Source: Octopus bimaculoides
Lineage: Eukaryota
Direction of reading: 5' to 3'
NCBI RefSeq assembly: GCF_001194135.2
Contig: NC_069000.1
Coordinates: 29,579,310 to 29,615,853 of the forward strand
Length of the DNA: 36,544 nucleotides
The notes under the pieces were generated by a model. That model was not told where the DNA came from. It searched no databases and saw nothing but the letters and a program-made list of their open reading frames with translations. Every line of letters starts with the position of its first letter. Within the stretch, counting starts at the first letter, position 1. A program made the position numbers and the translations under genes. Below, one piece after another: positions 1 through 10,940 of the stretch.

Positions 1-452
1 AATCGACTATCCGCCTCCCCACAAATTTTAAGCCTTGTACCTATAATAGAAAAGAATCGTTAGCACACCGGGCAAAATGCATAGCGATATTTTGCCCGTC
101 GCTGCGTTCTGAGCTCAAATTCTGCCGAGATCAATTTGGCCTTTCATCCTTTCGGGGTCAATAAATTAAGTACCAGTTGAGTACTGGGGTCGATGTAATC
201 GACTATCCGCCTCCCCACAAATTTTAAGCCTTGTACCTATAATAGAAAAGAATCGTTAGCACGCCGAACAATATGCTTAGTGGCATTTCGTCCATCTTTA
301 CGTTCTGAGTTCAAATTCCACCGAGGTCGACTTTGTCTTTCATCCTTTTGGGGTCGACAAAATAAGTACCAGTTGAACACTGGGATCTATGTAATCGACT
401 TAACTCCTCCCTCGAGATTATTGGCCTTGTGCCAAATTTGGAAACCAATTTT
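1..452 (+). mobile_element. Head-to-tail array of SINE family A (tRNA-derived): partial tail plus two leader-less units
   Basis: Units contain AGAATCGTTAGCAC, B-box-like GAG(C/T)TCAAATTC, CTTTCATCCTTT(C/T)GGG and TAAGTACCAGTTGA. Positions 1-66 are identical to 197-262. Confidence 0.9.
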
Positions 453-454
453 AA

Positions 455-1060
455 TAGCAAGTTGAAGAAAGTAACAAACCACCAGTGTAATAACAGCAGA
501 ACAGCTATTGTTTGATCTTTTTAAAAAAATGACCCAGTTCACGTCAAAATGTTTCCCCGATTCGATATTGTCGCATTTTATCCTTCTACTTCGTAATCTC
601 TGATCATCTGTACCCTACGATTCGCTAAGATTTATAACAACATAGGTGACAACGATATAGATACCGTTATGCATAATAGGAAAACTCTGATTGTCAACAA
701 TATGCTCGGACGCCTTTATCGAGAGAAGTGTGATACAGTAATCCTTCGCTATATCGCGGTTCACCTCTCGCGTATTATATTGTTTAAGCTTACATCGATT
801 CCTCCGTGGTGTTGTTTTGCATTTATAATAAAATAAATATATACAAATTATAAAATAATAATAATAAGATATATACAGTACTGTTTCTACTTCGCAGATT
901 TTCACCTATTGCGGGGATTTTGGAACGTAACACCCGCGATAGTTGAAGGATTACTGTATTCGGCAAACACTTGATAAGTTTTGAACAAAATATATATAGT
1001 TAATCTATAATTCACAAGTGTATAAACACATCAGTATTCATTCGATAAAATTAGGGTAAC
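455..1060 (+). mobile_element. Decayed Penelope-like retroelement RT fragment, interrupted by a MITE
   Basis: From 561 it translates to FDIVAFYPS, then FAKIYNNIGDNDIDTVMHNRKTL, resembling PLE RT (FDIxxFYPSI...IMHxRKTLL). Upstream NHQCNNSRTAIV*(W)F fits. Contains stops and frameshifts. Confidence 0.65.
736..956. mobile_element. Tc1/mariner-superfamily (pogo/Tigger-like) MITE, 221 bp
   Basis: TA at 734-735 and 957-958 flank imperfect TIRs: CAGTAATCCTTCgctaTATCGCGG on the left, and CAGTAATCCTTCaacTATCGCGG as reverse complement of the right end. Confidence 0.88.
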
Positions 1061-1064
1061 GAAC

Positions 1065-1237
1065 CGGAAGAACCGTTAGCACGCCAGGTAAAGCGCTTAG
1101 CGGCATTTCGTCCGTTTCTGAGGTCAAATTCCGCCGAGCTCCACTTTGCCTTTCATCCTTTTCGGGATCGTTGAACACTGCGGTTGATGTAATCCCCCTT
1201 CCCCCGAAATTGCTGGCCTTGTGCCAAAATTCAATAT
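1065..1237 (+). mobile_element. SINE family A, internally deleted copy
   Basis: AGAACCGTTAGCACGCC...GAGGTCAAATTCCGCCGAG...ATTGCTGGCCTTGTGCCAAAATT; the TAAGTACCAG segment is missing. Confidence 0.85.
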
Positions 1238-1503
1238 TTATTCATTCTTTATTTTTCCGCATTTGTCATGAATCAGTTGCCCCTATTTATTTTATCATTG
1301 GAAATTATAAAATGACTTTGTAAGGAACATAAAGTGCATTTCTCCTTATGTTCGGGATGTCACCATTCCCCCCAGAGATTCCGAGTAATTTCATGTGGAA
1401 AAGCCCCTCCCCAATCAATGAATAATTCAATAATTTAAGATTCGGAAATTCAACTTACCTGCCCATTTTCAAGAACGCATCCAGTTAGAAAGCGAGGACT
1501 GCC

Positions 1504-1507
1504 TATA

Positions 1508-1542
<35 letters not shown>

Positions 1543-1688
1543 ACGGACGCGCGCGCGCACACACACACATACATTCATACATGCATACAAACATGCATAC
1601 ATACATACGCACACACACACATACGCACGCACGCGCACATACATACATACATACAAACATACATACATACATACAAACATACATACAC
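1504..1688. repeat. Compound microsatellite (TA)n/(CG)n/(CA)n/(CATA)n
   Basis: Direct reading. Confidence 0.95.
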
Positions 1689-3265
1689 AATGTAGTGACA
1701 AGGGAGCAGCCAGGAGGAACGAAAGGTGTCTGGAGCTACGCCGAATAATTCCTCTAAAGTCAGTACTATAAGTATTAACATTAGAAAAGTTGTTCAGTAT
1801 AGGGTGACAACAGCATGGTTCATAGAGCTATTAATAAGAACTAACACAATCACTAACAGAATTAGGCTACCAGGAGGAATATTTCAGAGTAACAGCTTAT
1901 CTTAATGCTTTTTGTTCTAGCAGTGAACCCCTTATCAGCCATGTCAAGGATATACAAAGGCTACATGATTGAAATTACCAATGAAAGGAAGACTAATGTC
2001 ATCCACACCATTTTTTGTTGTTGACCTAAGATTGTCCTCAAATAATATTTATGACAGCATGAGACAGAACTGGTCATAACATTTTCACGCATCATAGGAA
2101 TGAAGTTTGGTCAGGACAAGAGTTCATATTTGATAGTGAAACGAGAAAAGATTGGCGACCAGTGACCAGACAGAAAACATGGATATCAATGGTCTGTCGA
2201 TTTCGCGTATTACAAGTGATGGATGTTACAAATACTTTGGAACCAACGAAAATATTGCAGCCCTGTGAGTAAAGCTAAAGTGATGCTGCGAGTAAAGCTA
2301 GAGTGACAAAAGAGTACTTCAGCAGAATTCGGAAGGTATGGAAGTCAGAGTTGTCTGCAGTCAATAAAACTATATCCCACAATGCTTTTGAAGTGACAGT
2401 GCTAGCACCAATATTCGGAGTACTCGACTGGGCAATCAGCAGCTTGGACATCAGGACTAGGAAGTAACTAATAACTTCATCATCGACAGTGAAACTGACA
2501 GGGTCTAGATCAGTGTTTCCCAACATATTTCCCACCTCTATAACTTTCCACAAAAAATGTATGCCCAACCAATGGTTGGAAAAAAAAAAACAACTTTATT
2601 TTTTAATATTTTATAACAATTATTTCATAAAAAAAGAATCTACTGGTAACTCTTTTATTAAGTACTGAGTACAAAAACACACGTTACTGACTAAGAAGAA
2701 AAAAGGAATCACTTTAAAGAGAACCTTGTGCCTGGCGACAACGGCACTACATCCCACTACAATTTTCCTGAGCCCCACCGGTGGGGCATATGCCTCACTT
2801 TGGAAATCACTGATCTAGAGGTAGAGGCATTAAGATCGGTCCAGATGGCCTTTGAGAACCGCATCATACTGAACAATTAAAGGAGAAATGGGTACATCAC
2901 AAGTGCACACAACATAGCAAATAATGTCATTAAAAGATTAGATGAAGAACTCCTGAATAGATATTCTGAGTGTACAACTGTTCCATGTAAACCAAGGGTA
3001 GATGAGCTGACTTATTAGACAGAAACTTGGAAGAAAAATACTCATCATACAAGCGGAAAGTTATGCGTGAATCCTGCAAGCTAAAGAATCCCAACAACAC
3101 TGAGAGGAATAGTAGCTTTTGGACCTGTGTTAAGTACATGTCTCACCTAGAAGCTTATGCCTTTACTATCCAAGAATAAGAGATAGCTACTAAATACCTG
3201 ATCAACAAAAAGAGATAAGAATGTGTCTAAACCTCCAGGCTGTGAAGATATCATTCATATCACAC
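1689..3265 (+). mobile_element. Decayed R4/Dong-type (RLE) non-LTR retrotransposon fragment, RT to start of zinc-finger region
   Basis: Motifs with frameshifts: GIFQSNSLS (1876; GIFQGDSLSP), LAVNPLS, FVVDL, IGMKFGQDK, YKYFG, KEYFSRIRKVWKSELSAVNK, LDIRTRK, AYAFTIQE*EIATKYLINK, EDIIHI. Confidence 0.85.
2511..2812. mobile_element. hAT (Charlie-like) MITE, 302 bp, nested in the LINE
   Basis: Ends CAGTGTTTCCCAAC and TTTGGAAATCACTG. Flanking 8-mers GTCTAGAT and ATCTAGAG both match the NTCTAGAN Charlie target. Subterminal palindrome CCCCACCGGTGGGG. Confidence 0.8.
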
Positions 3266-3589
3266 ACACACCATTCGGCAGGTTTTTCGGGTTAAGAAAG
3301 TAACCAGCTAACACGCTCTTAACAAATGGAACAATAATAATACAGAAAACACTTCTAAAGTCCCACATTGAGCCCTTCATTATTTTTATCTAAATTCCAG
3401 CGATGAAGATGTGCTTCTTTGTTTTAAAATTCCTTCTTTATAGCAACAATTCAAATAATTAAAAAATACCGGATAGAATAGATTAACGGATTAATGGATT
3501 AATATTAAGAATGAATAGAAAATCGATATCGAAGCAACAATTTCCTCAATGAAAATAATGGGATGATTATTAGTGAGTGCTGACTTTCA

Positions 3590-3900
3590 TTAAATATGGT
3601 GATAGAGCTACCAGCGGTGGTGATGGTGGCGAAGGTGCTAGTTGTAGTGGTAGATTTGGAGGTGGTGGTGATGATGATCGTAGTTACAGTGGTGGGGTGG
3701 GGGTGTCGGCGACGGTGGTGGTGGTGGTGGTGGTGGTGGTGGTAGCAAAATCGAAAGATCAATCCGTTGGGATTGAGGTGAAACTGGATGGTGATGATGA
3801 TGTTAATAATCATAACAAGAACAATAACAACAACAATGATGGTAAGGTAGGTGGTGGCGACGGTGGCGATGGTTGTAGTGGTAAAGAGGTTGGAGTGTGA
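3590..3900. repeat. GGT/GAT/AAC-rich trinucleotide low-complexity tract
   Basis: Direct reading; it explains ORFs 3505-3927 and 3577-3900. Confidence 0.85.
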
Positions 3901-3929
3901 GCAAGAGGAGGGGGTGAAGAGATGCAAGA

Positions 3930-4345
3930 AGACGTAAGCAAAGTCTGTAATGAGCTTACCAACAGTTGAATGGTTGGATGCGGACAGTTTTAGTTGGTCT
4001 GTAGGAATGAGGTCAGCAACTCGGTGAGGTCATTGAAGGAGAGTCAAGGGAGGTAAATCTTATACTCCGCTTGAAATATCAGCAAGTCGCCTGAGAGAGA
4101 GGGAAAGAGGAGAATGAGAAAGTAAGAAATGGAGATAGGACGGAGAGAGAAAGTAAGACAAAGAGGGAGAGAGAGAGGAAGAAGAGGGGTAAGAAAGAAA
4201 GATGGAGAAATGGAAAGACTGTGAGATAAAAGAAAACCTTTCATTTCTTTTGAGTAATATTTATTAGTTAAGAAAGAAAGGCTGAGAGAGTGAAGTAGAC
4301 AGTATTTGAGTATGAGAGAAATGCTAGAGGGAGAATACTTAACAG
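3930..4345 (-). mobile_element. Possible highly decayed Penelope-like ORF fragment with CT-rich region
   Basis: Minus strand reads RLADISS...ADLIPTDQLKLSASN, loosely like PLE pre-RT segments. Similarity is weak and judged by eye only. Confidence 0.25.
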
Positions 4346-4378
4346 AGGGAGAGAGAGAGAGGGAGAGAGAGAGAGAGA

Positions 4379-4416
<38 letters not shown>

Positions 4417-4443
4417 GGTGGAAGGAGAAGGGGNNNNNNNNNN

Positions 4444-4477
<34 letters not shown>

Positions 4478-4495
4478 GGTGGAAGGAGAAGGGGA
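4345..4495. repeat. (GA)n microsatellite spanning a 10-N gap (4434-4443)
   Basis: Direct reading. Confidence 0.95.
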
Positions 4496-4597
4496 GAGAA
4501 AAGGCTATTATTTATGATAAGTGGGCAGAGTGAGGAAGAGTTGTTCAGGTTGAGGGTGAGATATATTAGACTGAACATAGATTCATTGAAACATCAT

Positions 4598-4850
4598 GTG
4601 TGTGTGTGTTTGTATTTGTGTGTGCATGTATATGTATGTATGTATGTCTGTATGTATGTATGTATGTATGCTTGTATGCACACGCAAGTAGACACATATA
4701 CTGATATGTATACATACATATTCACGCACACAAACACACATATACACGTACACACATATAGACACATATATACATGCATACCCATCTTTACATAATAAAC
4801 ATACGTACAGCCATACGCATAAACAAATATATACGCACATATCCATAGGT
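4598..4850. repeat. Compound TG/TATG/CA/TACA microsatellite
   Basis: Direct reading. Confidence 0.9.
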
Positions 4851-5669
4851 AAAACATCCAGCCATATCGAGCCAAGGAAGTCATTGAACGACTTGCAAGA
4901 AACAGTAGCCAAATGACCTCTGATTACACACTGTTCTCTCAAAATATAGACGTACACTCACTATGTCTGAAGTTTTATGATGGATTTTATAATTTATTTC
5001 TGCAAGAAGGAAATGGCTACACTGTCTGGTGAGGGCTGTCCCGTAGATCTCTCTTTGTGGATGATTTTATCAATATATAACTTGTTGGCAGCTCAAATAT
5101 AACTAACATATTTGAAGCTACGTCTAAAAAATATTGTCCGTGGCTAAAAATCCAGAATCGCCTATATCATCTCCGGGGATCAACTTCCTATAGTCATAAG
5201 TTTTTATTATCTTAGATGTGATATGGTAGACAATAGAAATGCTTCTAGACAACGGTACCAGTTAATATAGGTGGTACCATGCAAACTTTACTTTATTCAT
5301 TTACTTCAATTGTTCAGTGAAAGAGAAGATTTGAATGTTACTTTTCAAAGCTTACATTGAAATATCAAATATTTGGAGAAAGAGTTAAATGCTGGCCGTT
5401 GCTCTCTTTTGTGATTTGTACATTTTCCACAAAGAATTGGTAATGATATGCTAAGTGCAAGAGAGAAAACTTTTCAGCTGAAATCACTTTAACATCGAAA
5501 GGGAGAAATTTTGGCTATGTACGTTTTTGAAAAGCACAACTATAGCACTGACGATTATTTTGAATCACAATATTTAAGGTACAGAGCATTATCATTATGA
5601 AGGCTTTGTGAATAACATATATTCCACAAGCTAATGATGACCTAGTTATATTATTAGATTTAATCAAAC

Positions 5670-5930
5670 TATTGACCTCTCGCCACACATATAGTGACCA
5701 ATAGTAAAAGCAGATTGGTCAACGCTGAGTGTATATCTCTATGTTGTCTGATTAACTTTCTGGAAGAAGAAGAAGAAGAAGAAGAAGAAGAAGAAGAAGA
5801 AGAAGAAGAAGAAGAAGAAGAAGAAGAAGAAGAAGAAGAAGAAGAACTGAAAGTAGATGGAATGGTCGTGGGTAGAATGTCTTTAGGTCTGCTAAAGGTC
5901 AGGCCTGACTTGGAGCTAAAGAACAACATA
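5670..5930 (+). mobile_element. Degenerate SINE-like family C copy whose middle is replaced by (GAA)28
   Basis: Tail GAATGTCTTT...GACTTGGAGCTAAAGAACAAC resembles GGAATGCCTTTGATC (32532) and GACCTGGGGCTAACAAC (32770). A related fragment CTTGCAAGAAACAGTAGCCAAAT lies at ~4892. Confidence 0.45.
5763..5846 (+). repeat. Perfect (GAA)28 trinucleotide microsatellite
   Basis: 84 bp of pure GAA; gives the poly-E and poly-S ORFs. Confidence 0.97.
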
Positions 5931-6314
5931 GCTGACATCACTAATTACTGAACAACGGAATCCTTACACAGTCGTTCATGTTGCTTGAACCAGCAGTGAA
6001 ATCTGTAAAGAAAGCACACTTTGGATCATAACATCTAACTTAGTTCGTATTAGTCTCTATAAAGGCTCATCAGTTGCAATAAATGACAGAAAAGTCGCCA
6101 GTTTATAAAAACAAATTTTGAAATAACGATGTTAGACGGGCAAAAAAAAAAGAAAAGAAATGACAGTTGGCTACGTTAATAGAACGTAGATTACTAGACA
6201 GTCAAGGAGGTAATGAATTCTACTTTGCACTGCTCTGTGTTCAAAACCAAGGAGAATTTCTACTCACAAAAGCCACTTAGTTGTTCAACCGAACTTAATA
6301 TATTGGGGAGCCAA

Positions 6315-6532
6315 GGCGGCGAGCTGGCAGAATCGTTAGGACGTCGGGCAAAATGCTTAGCGGCATTTCGTCCGTTTTTATGTTCTGAGTTCAAATTCTG
6401 CCGAGGCAGACTTTACCTTTCATCCTTTCGGGGATCGATAAAATAAGTAGCAGCTGAACACTAGGGTCTATGTAGCCGACTTACCCCCTCTCTCGACATT
6501 GCTGGTTCTGTGCCAAAATTTGAAACTAATAT
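6315..6532 (+). mobile_element. Full-length SINE family A
   Basis: GGCGGCGAGCTGGCAGAATCGTTAG (A-box-like), GAGTTCAAATTC (B-box-like), and tail GTGCCAAAATTTGAAAC. Confidence 0.92.
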
Positions 6533-6943
6533 ACTGAGTAGACTTGTAAAATTAATGAGTATTTTCTTAGACTGTAGTTCTGATTTCAAGTGCTCCGATT
6601 ATTAGAAAAGCATTACAGTGGAGCCACCCGTACCAATATTGAGAGATCATGAAATCGGTTAAACCACCGCAAGTTCAATCTCAGCAAATTTCGGATTTTA
6701 AATTATACAGTCACACAAACATGGAAAGCAGAAGTGAAATAAGACGTTGAGTCTCTCAACAATACTGGGAGTTGAGTGGGGTGGGCATTGTTGGTGTCCA
6801 AACTAAAATTGCATTTTCTCACAAAGTTATGAAGCTACTCAGCCATAAAGAAGAAAACAGACAGCACTAGAAACAACTTTTTCGATAATTTATAGATATA
6901 AATCAATGAGAAGGAAAATGATCAAACAGATGGCGGTGTTTAA

Positions 6944-7150
6944 TCCTTTTGATACCAAATCACTCGAGACTAAACTTTGTTTTGGTATGTAAAAACCTCT
7001 CCTTTTAAAGTGTTCATATTTAAATTTAAATCTTCCATTATAATTCTAATACCATCTTATTAAGTTATATCCCAAACACAGTTTAACGACAAAATCTCTC
7101 TGAAATTAATTGAAACACACTGACGGTGTATTTCTTTAGAAATATGGCCA
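6944..7150. mobile_element. Probable TTAA-type (piggyBac-like) MITE with degraded right end
   Basis: TTAA (6940-6943) is followed by TCCTTTTGATACC, structurally like the left end of the 9316 element. The right TIR is not recognisable. Confidence 0.35.
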
Positions 7151-7269
7151 TGAATGAGATACCTAAAATAGGACAGATTTCCTGATAATATTGAAGGCAA
7201 AATGGAGCTAAAAGAAGGGGAAAAGTAGACAGTAATGTGTAGTAGAGAGAATAACCACAACTGGGACAA

Positions 7270-7478
7270 TGGCAGAACTGTTAAGTAGATCGCTGGACGA
7301 GATAGGCTACATTATTTAGTTACGTTTCTTTACGTTTTGAGTTCAAATGTAGCCTGGGAAGACTTTATTATTCCCCCTTCCTTGATCGAAGCTATGTACC
7401 ACTCAAATACTGAGTCAGTATAGTCGATTATACCCTTGCTCCAAACGCGTGGCCTTCTGACTGTCCGAAATCAATATT
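7270..7478 (+). mobile_element. Old, highly diverged SINE family A copy
   Basis: TGGCAGAACTGTTAAG...TACGTTTTGAGTTCAAAT...GTCGATTATACCC...GGCCTT...GAAATCAATATT is colinear with the 6315 copy. Confidence 0.7.
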
Positions 7479-7782
7479 GTTTTTAAAGAGTTGTTAAGAA
7501 GGAAAATAACAATCAAACGACAGTGTAAATCAGAGAGCATACGTACACGTGCATAGAGCACAAAGAAAACAACAACAAAAACAAAAGAAGGAAGTAGTGC
7601 AGTTAAAGGGAGACAAAGGAAGGTTAGCATGGCAGTTTGCCGCTATAATATAGAGCTAGATTTTCTGACGAATATCCAACATTGAGATTAATTAATGTGG
7701 TGACACACTTCAACAGGGAACCATATCAAATTTGCTGTAATTACTTTCTATACTTAGCCAGTTTTTCATTACTATTACTTTA

Positions 7783-7809
7783 ATGATGATGATGATGATG
7801 ATGATGATG
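7783..7809. repeat. (ATG)n microsatellite
   Basis: Direct reading. Confidence 0.95.
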
Positions 7810-7919
7810 GTGATTATGTTTTTCTTTTTTGATAATTGCTATATGTAAATGTCGACATGATAGAGTTCCTAAATGTAAACAGCCTGAGGACGCTAACTGG
7901 AGAGACAGCCGCTGCGCAA

Positions 7920-8400
7920 ACGAGATAGACAATATGTAGATACAGACTTCATAGAGAGACACAGTGTATAGATTTTGATTGAATAGACAGACATGGTTTG
8001 TCGATGTTGACGAGATAAATAGACGTAGTGTGTAGATGTTGATAAAGCAGATACTGTGTGTAGGTGTTGGCTGTGTAGATAGATATTGTTTTCAAATGTT
8101 AACACAAGGCCAGCAGTTTCGGGGGAGGGGCTAGATCGATTAAATTGACCCCTGTGCTCAACTCGTACCTATTTTATCAACTCGGAAGGGTGAAAGACAA
8201 AGTCGACCCCGGAGGCATTTGAACTCAGAACGATAAAACGGACGAAATGCCGCTAATTATTTTGCTCGGTGTACTAACGATTCCGCCAGTTCGCCGCTTA
8301 ATTGGTTTTATAGATACAGTCTGATCAGATAGACACAGTGGATAGATGTTGACTGAATAGCAAGGCTGAGTGGATAGATTTTGACTGGATGAATGGATCA
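7920..8400 (-). repeat. Degenerate ~32-bp tandem satellite (array 1), split by a SINE
   Basis: Repeated variants of AGATAGACACAGTGGATAGATGTTGACTGAAT (8327-8358) on both sides of the 8091-8299 SINE. Confidence 0.7.
8091..8299 (-). mobile_element. Full-length SINE family A
   Basis: Reverse complement starts AAGCGGCGAACTGGCGGAATCGTTAGTACACC and includes GAGTTCAAATGCC and the tail GGCCTTGTG. Confidence 0.92.
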
Positions 8401-9315
8401 TGTGTCGATCAGGCATGAGCAACTTTTTCGAAAAACGGACCGCATGAAATATGACGTATCACCAGGAGGGTCAAACTGCTAAAAGATTCGAGGTAATTTT
8501 TTATTTAGGCGTACCATTCAGAAAGTCTCATATATTGTATAGATTTTGACCAAATAGATCAGTGGTTCCCAATTGGGTCCATATGGGGATCTATTCAGTT
8601 TGGTTCACAGATTTTTTGATTATTTCTTTTTTAACTAAACAGTTTGAAACTTCGTATACTGGTGTCATTTCTCATACAGAACACCGTTTACTTTGAACAT
8701 TTTGGACAAAATTTCGTATTTTAGAAGTTATTTCATGTTAAAGTTGTCGTATTTGGGTAATTTTAATCAATCAATGACATAGTGTAGATATTGATCGTGT
8801 ACGTAGACACAAGTAGAATGAGAACTCGATCAATGTTGTTGATGCTGATCACGACGACAACGAGGATGAGGAAGACAAGATGAAGCAGAAAGTTCAGTGA
8901 CTGAAGCAATTACAAGAATTAAAGGATATTATATGACAAGGCCTTGGAACTGCTCGGATGTCATATACTTGGAAATATCATTTTGTTAAATTTATCTAAT
9001 TTAGAGCAGCAAGATTTATAACGTTTTTGTAAAATAGTTCGAGCATGAATACTATGCAGATGTCTGGCATTAAAATAGGTTATTAAAATTCCTTATTTAC
9101 AAATTATATCTTCAAAAAGTTAGTTCCCAGTTTCAAAATCCCACGGAAGATAGAAAATATGTATACACGTATCATAAACTTATTGTACTCAGTGTTTAGG
9201 CGCACCATAAAAATAGATAAATAAATAAAAGTTTTTCCCCACGGGAATTGAACTCATGTGGCAGGATTAAATGTCAAAGAAAGTGTATATGACTTTTACG
9301 TTCAAACTTGTTTAA

Positions 9316-9510
9316 ACTTTTAGCATTTCAACCTGCCATATCCGACCCAAATATTCTACATGGTTTATGGTCAAACTGGCCAGATCCGGCCTCTTTCACT
9401 TACCCTACACTGTCAGTCTAAAAATAAATAACCGCATCATCAAAATCTCAAAGTTATAAGATAATTCATGATTAATTCAAAACAGCGTGAAGAATCTGAA
9501 TGCTAAAAGA
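9316..9510. mobile_element. TTAA-flanked (piggyBac-like) MITE, 195 bp
   Basis: TTAA at 9312-9315 and 9511-9514. Terminal inverted core CTTTTAGCATT on the left and AATGCTAAAAG on the right. Confidence 0.8.
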
Positions 9511-9971
9511 TTAAACTTCTACACGACTCGAGTATTTTGCTTTATAAGTCAGACTGTTTAATTTTATAAAATTCGAAATATATTCAAACATTCTAAAAAT
9601 TAATAGTCAGATTTATAGATCATAGAACTTCAATATTTTAGAAATATAACCGAATATGAATCTGAAACAAGAAAAGAATAAATTTTCTTCATAGTATTTG
9701 GAACCGTGTTCAAACTTTTCGAAGATATGACTTTTAAATGTAAAATTTTAATAACGACAGTGTTCCAGATATACTTTCTCATCCTCTCTATCCACACGCA
9801 CACACATGTTCACATACACGCACAAGCACACTCACGCAGGTACATACACACACACACATGTACACACACACACATTGTTGATGTCGTAAGGATGGAGAAA
9901 CTTTGAAAATATGAAATAATTCTTTTTAGGAACGGTGAATCTCAAAGGAAATATATGATATATCAATATCA

Positions 9972-9974
<3 letters not shown>

Positions 9975-10055
<81 letters not shown>
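9975..10055. repeat. (TA)n(TG)n microsatellite running into an assembly gap
   Basis: Direct reading. Confidence 0.95.
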
Positions 10056-10572
10056 NNNNNNNNNNNNNNNNNNNNNNNNNNNNNNNNNNNNNNNNNNNNN
10101 NNNNNNNNNNNNNNNNNNNNNNNNNNNNNNNNNNNNNNNNNNNNNNNNNNNNNNNNNNNNNNNNNNNNNNNNNNNNNNNNNNNNNNNNNNNNNNNNNNNN
10201 NNNNNNNNNNNNNNNNNNNNNNNNNNNNNNNNNNNNNNNNNNNNNNNNNNNNNNNNNNNNNNNNNNNNNNNNNNNNNNNNNNNNNNNNNNNNNNNNNNNN
10301 NNNNNNNNNNNNNNNNNNNNNNNNNNNNNNNNNNNNNNNNNNNNNNNNNNNNNNNNNNNNNNNNNNNNNNNNNNNNNNNNNNNNNNNNNNNNNNNNNNNN
10401 NNNNNNNNNNNNNNNNNNNNNNNNNNNNNNNNNNNNNNNNNNNNNNNNNNNNNNNNNNNNNNNNNNNNNNNNNNNNNNNNNNNNNNNNNNNNNNNNNNNN
10501 NNNNNNNNNNNNNNNNNNNNNNNNNNNNNNNNNNNNNNNNNNNNNNNNNNNNNNNNNNNNNNNNNNNNNNNN
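10056..10572. other. Assembly gap (N run)
   Basis: N characters. Confidence 1.
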
Positions 10573-10940
10573 TGGTTGAGTTGTATCCAGGTGTAAGTGG
10601 TTTATCCGGTATTTCCTGGAGAAATTTGTTCAGGTACCGTTTGAAAGTTGTGGGGTCTTTTTCTACTTTAATTTCTTTCGGGTTAACATTGAAAAGAGAA
10701 GGACCATTTGCAGTGAAGAAATTGTTTCGGAATGTTCTTATGTGATGTGATCTCGTCCTTTGTAGGGGACGCATTGCACGAGCTTCAGCTGTTTAAGTCG
10801 AGCCCAATAATCAAGTCTCATCATGCCATTCATTTTTTTTTTTTTTTTTTTCATAATTGATCTTTGTGACACTGCGATCCTCATTATGTCTTGTTTTTTG
10901 TAGGGGGACCACAATGCTCGGCAGTATTCGAGCTGGGGCC
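10573..10940 (-). mobile_element. CR1/L2-group LINE ORF2 C-terminal fragment with internal deletion
   Basis: Minus strand reads PQLEYCRALWSPYKKQDI (RPxLEYxxxxWSP motif), GMMRLDYWARLKQLKL, then RTFRNNFFTANGPSLFN...FKRYLNKFLQEIPDKPLTPGY, typical of this C-terminus. Confidence 0.82.

Noticed and set aside
4410-4495. GAGGCGGGTGGAAGGAGAAGGGG duplicated on both sides of the 10-N gap; similar CT duplication around 31805-31955
   Set aside because: Most likely unmerged contig overlaps (assembly artefact), not real duplications.
6035-6073. Minus-strand CTGATGA-GCC...GAC...GAAC-TAAGTT as a hammerhead
   Set aside because: GAAA is absent or misplaced and stem I does not pair; too weak.
6315-6410. tRNA-like A/B boxes as a tRNA gene
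   Set aside because: No complete cloverleaf; it is the head of a multi-copy SINE.
7920-8400. Satellite or 21-bp/42-bp repeats as a CRISPR-like array
   Set aside because: Eukaryotic context, degenerate contiguous units without unique spacers, and no cas genes.
8560-8575. CAGTGGTTCCCAA hAT-like TIR (also CAGAGGGGTAGCCAG near 15436 and TA-CAGTGGAGCC near 6618)
   Set aside because: Only single termini; no partner TIR or TSD was found.
9926-10774. Long ORFs containing X runs (also 25836-26793, 30004-30625, 31626-32132)
   Set aside because: They are open only because N gaps lack stop codons. Only the LINE-derived part of 9926-10774 is meaningful.
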